Shown here in pieces: positions 23,290 through 35,408 of a stretch of DNA of 35,408 bases. Source of the stretch: Bipalium vagum. Taxonomy: Eukaryota. The notes under the pieces were generated by a model. It worked only from the letters and a program-made list of their open reading frames with translations. It was not told the origin of the DNA and made no database searches. Every line of letters begins with the position of its first letter. The first letter of the stretch is position 1. Location: positions 1-35,408 of the forward strand of contig JBBMKC010206154.1 in the NCBI GenBank assembly GCA_037834085.1, read 5' to 3'. Position numbers and translations under genes: made by a program.

Positions 23290-24665
23290 CTGAACAAGAA
23301 ATAAAATTCAATAATATTTTAATAATTAAATAATAATTAATTATTAAAATTTAAAAAAACAAAAGAAATGACTTTCAATTAACATATTAATTAATTATCA
23401 AATATAAGAAATATATATATGATTAAATTAAATTGGGAAACATGACTTTTGCATTGTTTTCCTTTCTATAGAAGACAAATTTTACAAGCTTACATAATTG
23501 TTTTATCTGGTTATTTAATATGTAATATAAGAAGATATTGTGAAAATATTTTTATCTAATATAATAATTTACAAAGTATTTTTTTCATTTATTTCGATTT
23601 ATTTACTTCTCAAAGAATTACTCAAAATCAATAATAAATGTTTATATACAATTTTAATCATGTGAACATAATCAAATTTTTTTTGAAGTGCACACTTTAT
23701 CAATTAAGAATAAAAATTTCTAAACATTTATACATGTTCCAATTTTGTTCTCAACTGATAAAAAGTGTGTACTTGAAAAATGATTAAAATTGGTAAATTA
23801 TTATTATGGATGACGGGACTTGTCCAAAATTTATCCAAAATAACTAATTTACTAATTAAAATAATAATAATAATACTAAATAATTTTTTCAGAGGTTCGT
23901 GTTTGAGTTGATTTTTGATTGATATTACTATTACAATAAATACAATAATTAGTGAAAAATTGTTATAATGAGATTATTTTGAGATGAGAATGCTTCAAAT
24001 AATAATAATATTTATATATCTTTATAATATTTCTCAATTAATGTTTAAGCATAAACTGTCATAAAAATTTATTTCTTTCAGGTGTTGTTGTCAAGAATGA
24101 ATTTGGTAAAATGAAATAATAAGTTTATTGATAAATTACAGATACAAGAAATTATGTTATTCACAAAGTTTACACCCACTTTTAACATTTAGACAGAAAT
24201 TTGCTCATACAAGATTATCTTTGCGAAATTTGGTGATTCAATTTGATATTGTCTACTGTGCATTAATATTGAAACCAAATACACTATTAATGTTCCGGGA
24301 GGTTGCAATATAGTTTTGCCGCATAAAAAAAAATCATACTTCATAATGATGCAAATTTTAGGCAAATTCATTTTGAATAAAATTAATTAATTAAAACAAT
24401 TAATTAATATTTTTATCTTACATTAGAGATATGTAAATTTTCAACACAAAAAACTGAATGGGGAAATATTAACCCAGTGTCAAATAATCAGCAATAAACT
24501 TTACAATATTATTAATTACAAATTTGATAATTAACAGTCTAATGTGAAAATGTAGGGCCTTTGAAGACTCAGTGTATACATTAATACCAGATAACTAAAG
24601 ACCATTCATAATATAGATATTTTTTAATTTTTTCCATAAAAATAATGAATTAAAATTTTTATTAC

Positions 24666-24775
24666 TTCACTATTTGATTCCATCCTTGATGCTGTATTTA
24701 CGGTATCTCCAAATAGGCAGTACCGGGGCATCTTAAGACCAACGACACCTGCAACTACCATTCCAGTATGGATTC
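24666..24775 (-). CDS. Gyc88E: Atypical soluble guanylate cyclase, exon d
   Basis: 110 nt, gtatag|GA ATC...GAA|gtaat, phase 1/0. (G)[36 protein letters not shown], the canonical guanylate cyclase signature. Confidence 0.98.
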
Positions 24776-26561
24776 CTATACAAGAGATTTTTTTTATTAA
24801 AAAATTTTTAAGATCGACATGAACAGATATTTAGCATTTATAGGAAGTACTATTTTTCGTTTGTCAAATGAAAAAATAAATATTTTTTCAACTGATCAAA
24901 AGATTTTAAAAAATTTAATTTTCTTAAAAATTCTGAGAAATTGTTTACTAAAAAAATTTAACTTTAAATTAACAAATTGCAAAAAATATTTATGTTTTCG
25001 AAAAACACAGATTTTACTTAATGAACTGTGTAAACAGTTCATGCTTTTACAAGTTCTTATCATTCGACTCTAATTGCAATATAGCCAAATTATAAATATC
25101 AAGAATTAAATAATAAATAATATAAAATTAATCTAATTCTTTTAGGGTCAATAAAATTTGGAAAATATTTTTAAGAAATTAAGTAATTAAACCGGAATTA
25201 ATGAATATTTGGAAAGGTCATATGGTGCAATTAATAAATATTGTACTTTTAAATTTTCCATATATTTAATATATATGGATAAGGATATGGATTATATGTG
25301 GATATGGATTTAATATATAATAATAAGATTTTCAGAGATTTTATCAATTTATTACTACCTCTGTTCAGAAATGATTGTCCGTTTTGATGCTTTTGTTAAA
25401 CATAAGAACATTAATTATTAACTTCTTTTTTACTTTATTTTATTTATGGTGATAATAGCAAGCTGTGCATTAATTTATATGCTCTTAAGTCACGTTTTCT
25501 TTAAAGTATTAGTATTATTAAAATATAAAAATTGTAAAATTCACGATGTAACCTTCCTTATAAATATATACATATGTTTTAAAATTATCAAATTAACAGT
25601 GAAATCTATCAGATTCACATCTCTTTGCGTTGAGCACGTTTTAAGTTAAATAAAGGTTGATCACCATCATCCTACTTATTTTAAGCTACTGCTCTCTTAC
25701 ATAATGACTTTTTCAAATAATATTACATTCTTTAATAATTAGTAATTAGTAATTCTTTTAGTAATTAGTAATTCTTTTTAATATTACATTCTTTTCAAAG
25801 TTGAATGTTTCTTATCGTTTATTTATTTATTTTAATTAGACATTATTTTTAAACTTATTATTTTGCTTAAATGTGTTCAAAATAAGAAATTAAGGTAATT
25901 CTGTTACATGTAGTGACCATAATTATAACCCCAAAATGAGTTGAATAATATCTTATATATTCATATCTTCTTAATGCGGAAAACATTTGATGAATTTAAA
26001 CAAAAAAAATTGACAGTAATCGAATTCTCAAATTCATTAGCACATTACCAAACTAAATATTCTCCAGAGATTCTGGTAAGAAAATAAACGAAGTGTAGAC
26101 CAACTATTTTATTTATATGTAAAGAAAATTCTAATTAACGGGTGATGCATAAAAAAGTGCACGACTTTTATCTTTCTAAAATTTGTATTTATGCATTATA
26201 CTTTAATAGACTAAAACTTTTGTAGCTTTGTGAAGAGTATTTAAATTATATAAATATATTTTAAAGTTAAAAATCATTATATTTAGTATTGACTTACATT
26301 CCTTTTTGCTGTCAGTGAATTCATACATACTTTATACTTCGATCATAATAGTTGACTGTAAAATCATATTTTTAACATAAATTGATGATTATCTAATAAT
26401 AATTAATAATATTAATAATATTATCATAATTAGAATGATGATAAAAAATAACTCGTTAGTTAGAAAAAAATAAGTTATAAGTTGTTATAACCTAAACTGT
26501 ATTATTAAATAATCTGACTTATTTTAATGAATAAATGAAATTAATATACTAAATTGCATAC

Positions 26562-26721
26562 CGACACGAATCTGGAGACTCTTCGAACGATCAGAAGGAT
26601 CCCTTAAAAATGTTATTGACTTTAACATATCCAAAGCCATTTCAATATTTAATGGAGCATGAAACTGAGTTAATACTGGGCAACCTGAGGCAATCATGTA
26701 GGCATCTCCAATAGTTTCGAC
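26562..26721 (-). CDS. Gyc88E: Atypical soluble guanylate cyclase, exon c
   Basis: 160 nt, catcag|GTC...GTC G|gtatgc, phase 0/1. VETIGDAYMIASGCPVLTQFHAPLNIEMALDMLKSITFLRDPSDRSKSLQIRV(G). Confidence 0.97.
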
Positions 26722-27296
26722 CTGATGATAATGATTTTTATATTTTAAGAGAAATAAATTTGTTATACATTTAAAATTGTGAATAATTTTGAAAATCTAA
26801 ACGCTGTTATGCTTAAAATACTCCAAATAAATAATATAAATAACCGTTTCCAAAAAACCTTCAGAAAACTTTCCAATAGTCTAAGAGGAGAAATATTAAC
26901 TTTAAGATTTTTAATTTATAATTTCTATCCCGTCCGCATTTTATCTTTTATTGGATTTCAAAATCCTTTTATCAATCTTTCATAGACGTATAAAGTGGAT
27001 GGTAATACCAAGTAGTATTAATAAACCTGAAACCAATCACGAGTATTTTGTTGTTTCGTACTTTGTTCATTTGTATTTTTATGGTTTTTATGCTTTTGGT
27101 TTTGTTGTGTACCTAGAGTTTTGTAGAAAATGGATTCTTCACGAATTTCAACTATGGAAAAATGTCACAGTTACTCCTAATTCAATTTTAAAATGATAAT
27201 GCACATAAAAATTGCTCTGAGGCCTAGCAAAAAAATTCTAGTTAAGATTCAAGTCAATCGACTGAAGATTTATATTGAAATTTGGTATTGATCACA

Positions 27297-28310
27297 TAAG
27301 GTAACGAAAAGAAGTTCGTGCGTTCTTTTATGATAAAATATAAAGTTTAATTAATAAAACAGTAGTACACTTTTATTGATCGAAATAGTTACCATAAAAC
27401 TCAATGACCTCTTGCAAATGTGAAGCAAATTTTTTATATAATTTTTTGTAGAAATCCATGAACAAAATCCATGATGGGTTGCATTTATTATTTCAACTCG
27501 AGTTCCGAACTACCTATAAAGTTAAAAAGTTGTTAAGAGCCAAGATGAGGTGATAATTAGTTAGTTAAATGTATGTAAAATGTAGAGGTTGTGGTAGTAA
27601 TTCCCACCAAAGTTAATGGAATTTTTTACGGTTTAGTTTTACACGATAAAATCTGGTATTGTCCTTTAAGAAAATCAATTTCTTACTGTTGATCAGAGAA
27701 GGCTGTTTCTTGATGAGTATTTCCTGTACTTGTTGTATCTGCTCACAAAAAACTCAGAGGTTATGATTTGACCATATTTAAAAACTCGTAAAAAATAATG
27801 CCAATTTGGTGTCCAATAAATACAATAAAGTCTTTTTTGAATTTAATAAATCCTTTAAAGTGTGGGGCATTAGATCAGTTGATGATAGCAATGGAAAAAA
27901 CCATTAGAATTGTAGTATCATCCACTTTGCGTCACTGGTTAACAAACTATTTAGAAATGAATATTTTTCTCATTACATGATAAACTTTCAGGACAAATTC
28001 TAAGATGTCTTGATTTTTTTTTGCTTTTTGATAATTCCGTTTGCTTAACTTCCACATTTTTCCCATCTGAAGGTGCAATCGAATGGTTTCATAACTCATA
28101 TTTAACATTTTGTAAGCTCTAAATACGTTATGTTTAAATTTGATTCAACAACTTCTTTAATATCTTTGTTAATTATCATTAATCTCCTAAGAAAGCTCTT
28201 TTTTCTGTAATTTCCTAAGATAATCTTTTAAACTTTTTCTGAGCAGTTCGAGAACTTATTTTTCCGGTCGCTTCGATTACTTTGGCACTGAGGTTTAATT
28301 CCTAAAGTAA
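27297..28310 (-). mobile_element. Degraded mariner in an sGC intron
   Basis: Minus-strand HLQMGKMWKLSK, KQPSLIN..LIFLKDNTR, HLQEVIEFYGNYFDQ*; TIR-like taaggt...aagttcgtgcgttcttt at 27297-27328. Confidence 0.72.
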
Positions 28311-28367
28311 GCAAGCTCGAATTAAGAAGAAATTTTTATTGATTAAAATAAAGATGGATGGAAAGTA

Positions 28368-29571
28368 TAAGGTGAGTCAGAAAGTAACCTCGTTTTTCTA
28401 ATTGTTAAAATTAATTGCTAAATATTAACAATTTTATTTTTGTTTTAATAATATTGATATATAGAAATATTTAAAGCGAAATATTTGAAGTATAAGAAAT
28501 CATATTTATTTTTTTGATTATAATTTTTATAATTCAGTGGCTACATTTTTCCCGACTAACCAAATGTCCGAAATTGTTTCCTGTACTAATATCTCCGTGG
28601 ATCTACGGGCACACTAGCTTCCGCTAATATTAATGACATAGATAAAGGAGCCATTAATATTCCCCAAGCACAGAAATGGTTTCCCAGACTTCAACATCAA
28701 TGACCATGAAAGAAATGGACGTCCACCAAAAACTGACAACGCATTATTGGAAGAACTCATAAGTAGCGATCCACGATTAACGACTGAACAGATGTCAAAA
28801 TCCCTCGGCTGTAATTCTACTACAGTCAAGACCCACAGACATATGATTGGAAAGTCATATAAGGAAGGTATCTGGGAATCCCATGAATTGACCAAAAATA
28901 TAAAGCTGTTAGACTATCTATTTGTCAATCACTGGTTCTGAAGAACAACTGTGATCCGTTTCTTCAACGTATTGTCACGGGAGACGAAAAGTGGATTCAG
29001 TACCATAATCCCAAAAAACAAAAGCAATAATATTTCCAGGTGAAACCCCTTTTTCCAACACCAAAACCAGGTCTTCATCCTAAAAAGGCTATGCTTTGCA
29101 TTTGGTATAGATAGATTATCGAGGAGTAATCTATTGGTAATTTCTCGAATCAAATAAGACAATTGATGGCAACAAATACTGTGATCAATTGGACAGATTA
29201 AATGAGAACTTGATTAAAATTAACTTTAACCAACAGAAAAGGTCTCATTTTTCATCAGAACAATGCCAGCCACACACATCGAAGTTCGCATCTGAAAAAA
29301 TTAAAGACTTAGGGTGGGAAGTTATGGCTCACTCACCATATAGCTCAGACATTGCTCCAACAGATTTTCAGATCAAAAAGGAGACTCAATCATTTATTGA
29401 CTCTAAATCTTCCTCGTTCTTTGAAAAATTGATGAAATGCTTGGTTGACAAGTGGCAGGCTATAGTAAAAAATAATGGCGATTATGTGATTGATTTATGA
29501 TAAATTTTAAAGTAAAAATTTGTAAAATACAATTTTCTGATAAAAACGAGGTTTCTTTCTGACTTACCTAA
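28368..29571 (+). mobile_element. Decayed mariner with both TIRs and TA target duplication (1204 bp)
   Basis: ta|TAAGGTGAGTCAGAAAGTAACCTCGTTTTT ... AAAAACGAGGTTTCTTTCTGACTTACCTAA|ta. Motifs NGRP, FLQRIVTGDEKWI, PKPGLHPKK, LGWEVMAHSPYSSDIAPTDF, WQAIVKNNGDY. Confidence 0.93.
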
Positions 29572-30134
29572 TAAATCATTAAAAAAACAATATATATTCA
29601 TTAAAACCTGTGTAAAAAATAAGTTAAACTTCTTTGGTTATCTGTTACAACAGTATTTCATCGTTTACACAAACTTCAGAGATGTGGAAATTATGTTTAA
29701 CGCAAATTTATAAAGCACATTTTTCTAAAGTCTGAATACATATTTGGTTATACTTGCTGCACAAGGGCATTCTTTTGTGTGCAAATGTTATAAAGTTCTT
29801 TCAAGGTGATAACTTAAATTTATTTTTATCAATGCAACACCAGTTGTAAGATACTTTCAAAGCATTTCAGAAATCGGGAAAAATCATTGACTTCATAATG
29901 AACAAATTCATAATTTAATAGACAAATTAAGAAAAATCATTATACAAAATAAAAATTACTTTGATTAGCAATAAAACCTCTACAATTTTTATAAATATAA
30001 AAAATAATTTATTGAACAATGAGTTCTACATGAGTTCTAGAGTAAATTGTGAGACCTGATCGGAATGTAAACAAAATTTTTGTTATTAAAATTTAACTGC
30101 TTCTCACTTTTGTTTAAAATACACAAAACCTGAT

Positions 30135-31432
30135 TTAGGGTTGATTCATAAGTTCGTGCGTTCTTTCTATACAAACTTTAAAAGCAAATTTTAAATATAT
30201 TATTTGTTTAAATATTAACAAGTTGCATACCATTTGAAAACTGAGAAAGAGACGCTTAAGATACTTTTACTTATAAAGTGGGACCTTACTTTAACAAAAT
30301 TTAAATATGGTCACTTTTGAGAGGTCCCATTGTATTAAGTTATATGTAGTTTGTGTATATATATTTATTCAGAAAAAAAGCTTAAATAAATTAGCAATCC
30401 GTATATTTCTGAAACATTACTGGAAGATAAATTTCAGACCCATAGATGCTGCAAAGAAAGTATGTGAAGTTGAAGGCGACAAATCAGTGTCCATAAGAAC
30501 TGCTCAAAAGTGGTTCAAAAAATTCGACAAGGGTGACTTGGACCTCACTGATTATCCTCGCAGTGAACGTCCCACCACTGTACATTCGAAAGCTATTATC
30601 AAAGCAGTAGAAATCCGGCTGAGACCGGAACATCACAACTATCCGTGGTTCGCCATAAACATAACAAGTGATACAAGCGAGTTTCTGAAGTACAGCATGA
30701 TTTGATGCCAAGTCAAGTTGAACGCCGTTTGTCGATCTGTCGTCAATTTATTAAATAATCCAAATGATGAACGCATTATACGTCGCACAGTCACGTGTGA
30801 CGAAAAATGGATATATTTTTATAATCTGAACAGGAGAAATCAATGGTTGAAACCAGGACAGAAGCCCAAGGCTGTCTAAAACAAGATAGGTTCGGAAAAA
30901 AAGATCATGTTGTGAGTGTGGTGGAATTTTGAGTGGATTATACACTTCGAAGTACTTCAAGGTGGTCAAATCATTACTACTGAGTTATATTCTGCTCAAC
31001 TCAATCGGATCTACCAACAATTAGCCATAAAATAATCTGCTTTAGTCAACAGAAAGCGGGTACTTCTGCAACAGGATAATGCTCATCCGCATACTGCGCG
31101 AGTAACGCAAAATAAAATTATAAAATTAGAAGGAATTGAAATTTTATCACATCCTGCATTCAGTCCAGATCTAGCAACTATCGATTACCACCTTTACCGG
31201 AAATGGCTCATTTCCTTAGAGGACCACAGTTTGAGAATATAGAACAGGTTGAAAATGGATGTCCTGAATTTTCCTTTCCAAAGATAAAGCATGGTACCGG
31301 AGTCGCATCGAACAACTTGCCCATCGTTGGTTTAAGACAGTTAAACATAATGGTCTATATTTTTCTGAATCAAACTTGTTTGATTGCTAGATTCTTATCT
31401 CTAAACCATGCATAATATGAATCAATCTAATA
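30135..31432 (+). mobile_element. Decayed near-full-length mariner (~1.3 kb)
   Basis: Ends ttagggttgattcata versus reverse-complemented ttagattgattcata. Motifs SIRTAQKWFKKF, VTCDEKWI, VWWNFE, LLQQDNAHPHTA, HPAFSPDLA.IDYHLYR. Confidence 0.9.
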
Positions 31433-31708
31433 TTATTTTCAAAGTATTTTTCTACGTAAATTTCAATAACTTTTTTATATTAATTAGTTAAAAAAATTAA
31501 TAATTTAAATTAATCTTATTATTAGATTTGATTGGATATTAATATTATTCATTAGATAAATTATAAAACAATAAATTTTATTAATTAAATAATTTAATTA
31601 ATGTATATTATTATCTATTGATTAATTAACTTAATAAAAAATAATTATTATTTTTCTTGAATTATTTAAAGTATATTATCTCTCAAAGTTTCAATCTATA
31701 TATATTAC

Positions 31709-31855
31709 CTTATAAACTTTATGTTTCTCAGTGAGTTCATCGAAAGCGGAGTATAATTTGTTAAGCATCTCAACGACTTCAAATGGTGTAATCTTGGAAC
31801 AGATATTTGTAAATCCAACGACATCGCTAAATAAGATTGTCACTTCATTGAAATG
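31709..31855 (-). CDS. Gyc88E: Atypical soluble guanylate cyclase, exon b: start of cyclase domain
   Basis: 147 nt, ttcattcag|CAT...AAG|gtaata, phase 0/0. [49 protein letters not shown]; contains the first metal-binding Asp (FSDVVGFT). Confidence 0.97.
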
Positions 31856-31927
31856 CTGAATGAAGAAATTAAAACCATAAAAAATTATTTTTAAATGCGT
31901 AACCTCTATTTATTATTTTATTTTAAA

Positions 31928-32353
31928 TACGAGATCGGTTCAATAAGTCCGTGAAAAATAAAATAAAGTTTAGCACTAGTGTTTTTAAACTTTGTTAATA
32001 AACAATTTAGACATTAAGAATTTACAATCCGAAATTTCAGATAAATACATAAATTTATTTTAATTATATCAGTTTTCAAAGTTGTCAATAACAATTATCA
32101 AAATGGAATTGGAAAATCAAGAATTTCGAGTCCTCCTGAAACATTATTTTTTGTAGGTAAAACATTATTAAATTACATTAGTGCTTATTTTGATGGACTG
32201 GATCAATCTTATTGTAAAGGAATTAATAAACTTGAGAAACGTTGGATGAAGTGTATAGACCTACTTGGGGATTATGTTGAAAAATAAACTTTGTTCTGTG
32301 TAAATATATTAGTCGTTATTTTATTTTTCACGACTTATTGAACCACTCTCGTA
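31928..32353 (+). mobile_element. Internally deleted Himar1-like mariner (426 bp including TA ends)
   Basis: ~38-bp TIRs tacgagatcggttcaataagtccgtgaaaaataaaataa and (reverse complement) tacgagagtggttcaataagtcgtgaaaaataaaataa. N-terminus MELENQEFRVLLKHYF is joined to C-terminus AYFDGLDQSYCKGINKLEKRWMKCIDLLGDYVEK*. Confidence 0.92.
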
Positions 32354-32994
32354 ATTAAATACTAAAATCAGACATTAAATCTAAAAATATATCACCATAA
32401 AATTGAGGGGGCGTGATTTAATAAAAATTACAAACTTCCAATTTATAATTTATTTGCATAAAAATAACCGATTTTCAGTTTAGACACATTAAACATATTA
32501 TATGATTAAAAAACAAAAAAAAATTTTAAAAAAAAGAGAAACAATTAATTTCTTAATATTATTAAGTTTTTATATAAAAAATTAATAAAAAAATAAAACA
32601 AAAAATATTTCTCTAGAATTAAATTATTGTCATATTTACATCTGTATGCGTATCATAATCACAGCTGTAAAGAACATTTAAAGGAAAAATGAAAAAATTC
32701 AAAGGAAATTTTATCTGTAAATATTAGCTAATTATATCTTTTATTAATGGCTAATTGCCATTTGAATATATTAAGGAAAAGTTATTATTTCTTCTTCACA
32801 CAAAGTCTGGACAAACATTGAGAGAACGTCATTTTTAACTGTTCAATTTAATGCTAGAGATGAAAAATCCTTATACATGTTAAATATTATTGTATTAAAA
32901 ATCCGTCTTAAAGTACGTTGGTAAATTATTCTGTTAGAATATATAGATTCCGTGTTAGAAGTATTGTTTTCAATAAAAACGATTTTCGAAGTAC

Positions 32995-33141
32995 CTCGCA
33001 AGTGTCAACAGCGTCAGATCCGTGTCGTAGGCGTTCCGCAACACTTTTAGGAATCATTTGAAACAAGAGCTCGTCAGTTTTCTTCATCATTTCGTCCAAT
33101 TTTAGTAGACTTTCTTCTAGCTTTTTGCTTTTTTCACTTTC
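32995..33141 (-). CDS. Gyc88E: Atypical soluble guanylate cyclase (Gyc88E-like), exon a: coiled-coil/signalling helix
   Basis: 147 nt, aaatag|GAA...GAG|gtac, phase 0/0. Translates [49 protein letters not shown], matching the [33 protein letters not shown] signature of Gyc88E-type sGCs. Confidence 0.95.
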
Positions 33142-35200
33142 CTATTTAATGAATGAAAATAATAATAATAAAAATAATTATTATTAATAATTATTGAATA
33201 ATTTTTAGATCCCTTTGTACTGTAAAATAACTTTAATCTAAAATTATGTCCATAGTCTATTGGTCTGCCATTTATTCATCATTTATTTAATTAATTATAT
33301 TAATTAGATTTCGTAGTAATTAATGTGCGTGTTTGTTAAAATTTGCTTACTATCAAAAATAAACTGTTTCCTTTTTTTGTATATTTTTAAACTGTCACTT
33401 TCAGATTAAACCAAAATAAAAGCAAAGTTAGATTATACATTATATATTATAATAAAAATGCATGACAACACAAAAAACAATAATAATAAAAGCTAAAGAT
33501 ATATGGACAAGATTAAGAGAATCGGATGTAATATCATATAAATTTTTGATTGAATGAGGAAAGCAATGCGAGAATTTGAGTTGTGATAGTATGGTGAAAA
33601 TTAAAACAATAGTAATAAATTATAATAATAAAAATCCATTCGTTTTAAAAGTTCAGTATAAGATTTCCTTCACGTCTCAAAAATAAAGCAATTTTTCGGA
33701 AAACCCTTAAAGTGATAGAGGTTGTGAAAATGATTAGGGTCTGTCTATTAATGGTTATGCATGAAGTTCGGGAAAAATCTATTTTCTGTCCTCAGTGAAG
33801 ATTTTCACAGACAAACTATTCCGCTTGCATCAATGAATGGAGAAAGTTGCAACATACTGGGTTTTGTTATCGATTTGCATTTCAGATTGTTTCATAATTA
33901 TTTGAATAATTAAACCAAATCAAAATGTTTTAATAACCTTTCTGGATTTCAAATTTTAAATTTAATGAAAACCGCTAGAACTTCACTCTCTAGAATGTAT
34001 AAATTTGAATAAATAATTATATAAAATTATAATGTACAGATCTGGATATATGAAATAATTGTTTGGAAACAAGAAATAATAAAATTGGCCTGGAAATAAA
34101 AATAATTTTTATCTTATTTTCCCTAATAGTTTTCCAAACTTTATCTGATAACACGGCACTTTATATATCGACTTATTAAATCGGAATGATTATTTTACTA
34201 AATACCAATATATCCTCTATTTATTTTAATTTTTATATCCTCTGTTTAATTTAATTTTTACATTTCACAAAAATAATATTAATTAATGATGACTTTTTTA
34301 AATTTATTTTATTTTATCAACTTGTAAAATTCAAAAATTTATATTTCTTAGCAAAATTGAAACTTTGCTTTTTAAATACAAATACAGGGTTTTCAAAATA
34401 ATTCTTTGGTCTTTCAAAAATAAATTTGAATATTTTCAAAATGAATTATACTTGTAAATTCAAAAATTAGAAAATGACATGTATACCTATAAGGAATTAT
34501 AAAGATTTCACATAATATTAATAATTCAGTAAAATCAATAATTAAAATATAATTTAAAATAATATAATTAAAATAAAATTTTTATGAAAGAGCAGATTTT
34601 CAAATAAATAAATTTAGTTAATTATTTATTTTGTTCCATATGGAATTCGAGCAAATTAACAATACCTATGCAATATATCACATAATTTAACACATAATTG
34701 AAACAATTCTTTTGCCAGAACTTTAATTAAGAATTTCCTCATGTGCGCAAAGAAAACATATAATTGAGTTTTAGTAATTCTCATGAAAGCACAAATATTT
34801 TTAAAAGTTTAAATACTGTACATGTGTTACGCAACGTTACCTCGTAACGAAATCATGTGTATTATTACTATTGCGAAGAAAATAAGCACGTGTTTTTTAG
34901 ACAAGTTAATTTTGTACAATTACAATTATTTTTAAAAAGGTTACAACTTTTTTTGGAAGACCTAAAAATTATTAAGAAAAACCCTATATAATATGAGCAA
35001 CAGATATAACAATATTTTTAAACTTATTTTGAAATCTCAAAGTTGAGAAAACAAAAACAGTTAGAGAACTTAAAAGAATAATTTCTGGTTATAAAGTCTA
35101 CAAAAAAAATCCCAAACAACTGCCACAGCTTCATTTTTTTTAATGGATAGAGTTCAATTTATTGTGTTAAAGATCCATAAAGTTCATGTTTCTATATATA

Positions 35201-35408
35201 TACTCACGGAAAAAAGTAAAAAGTACCAAAAAAAATCAAAAAAATTTATTATGAATACAAACATGCAATACATATCTATATATAAAAATTAGTAATGAGT
35301 ATGGCCACCTTTCTTGGCCACACATTCACTAAGTCTGTTTGGCATTGATAAAATCAGTTTGTCGAGCTCTTCAGTATTAATCAAATCCCACTGCTCAAGA
35401 AGTCTATT
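35201..35408 (-). mobile_element. 3' end of a Tc1-family element (continues beyond the window)
   Basis: Uninterrupted NRLLEQWDLINTEELDKLILSMPNRLSECVAKKGGHTHY* (35408-35289); TIR-like tactcacggaaaaaagtaaaaagtacc abutting a (TA)n tract. Confidence 0.85.

Noticed and set aside
24082-24105. 24-nt AG/GT-bounded plus-strand segment antisense to the sGC intron
   Set aside because: No partner exons found; it overlaps one arm of an imperfect inverted repeat (~24091 / ~24377), suggesting TE debris.
33650-34987. Possible further TE debris and an imperfect TIR pair (34383 / 34987); also 11340-11630, 13420-13760 and 29600-29900
   Set aside because: Too degraded: no convincing catalytic motif, and the TIR match (17/22) is mostly A/T.

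Overview
Very AT-rich eukaryotic (animal) draft genomic DNA with two N-gaps (5697-5881, 7306-7600). A triclad-flatworm-like origin is plausible from composition, AAT microsatellites and mariner load, but this is inference only. The ORF track misses most real coding content. Manual splicing reveals two convergent genes. (1) Minus strand: the last six exons of an atypical soluble guanylate cyclase (Gyc88E/beta3-like; coiled coil, complete cyclase domain and tail): 33141-32995, 31855-31709, 26721-26562, 24775-24666, 23289-23197, 17927-17643. All introns are GT-AG and phase-compatible; the 5' exons lie beyond the window. (2) Plus strand: three phase-compatible candidate exons (797-867, 4486-4555, 8673-9076) encoding a low-complexity tail that ends in the class I PDZ-binding motif SSFV. 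Introns and intergenic DNA hold about 18 decayed, mutually divergent IS630/Tc1/mariner relics, several with recognisable TIRs. The least-explained element is a ~350-bp island of ~44% GC (12070-12420) tiled with predicted hairpins, lying between the two genes. I see no CRISPR array, tRNA, rRNA or prokaryotic operon, and I cannot claim a proven new system.
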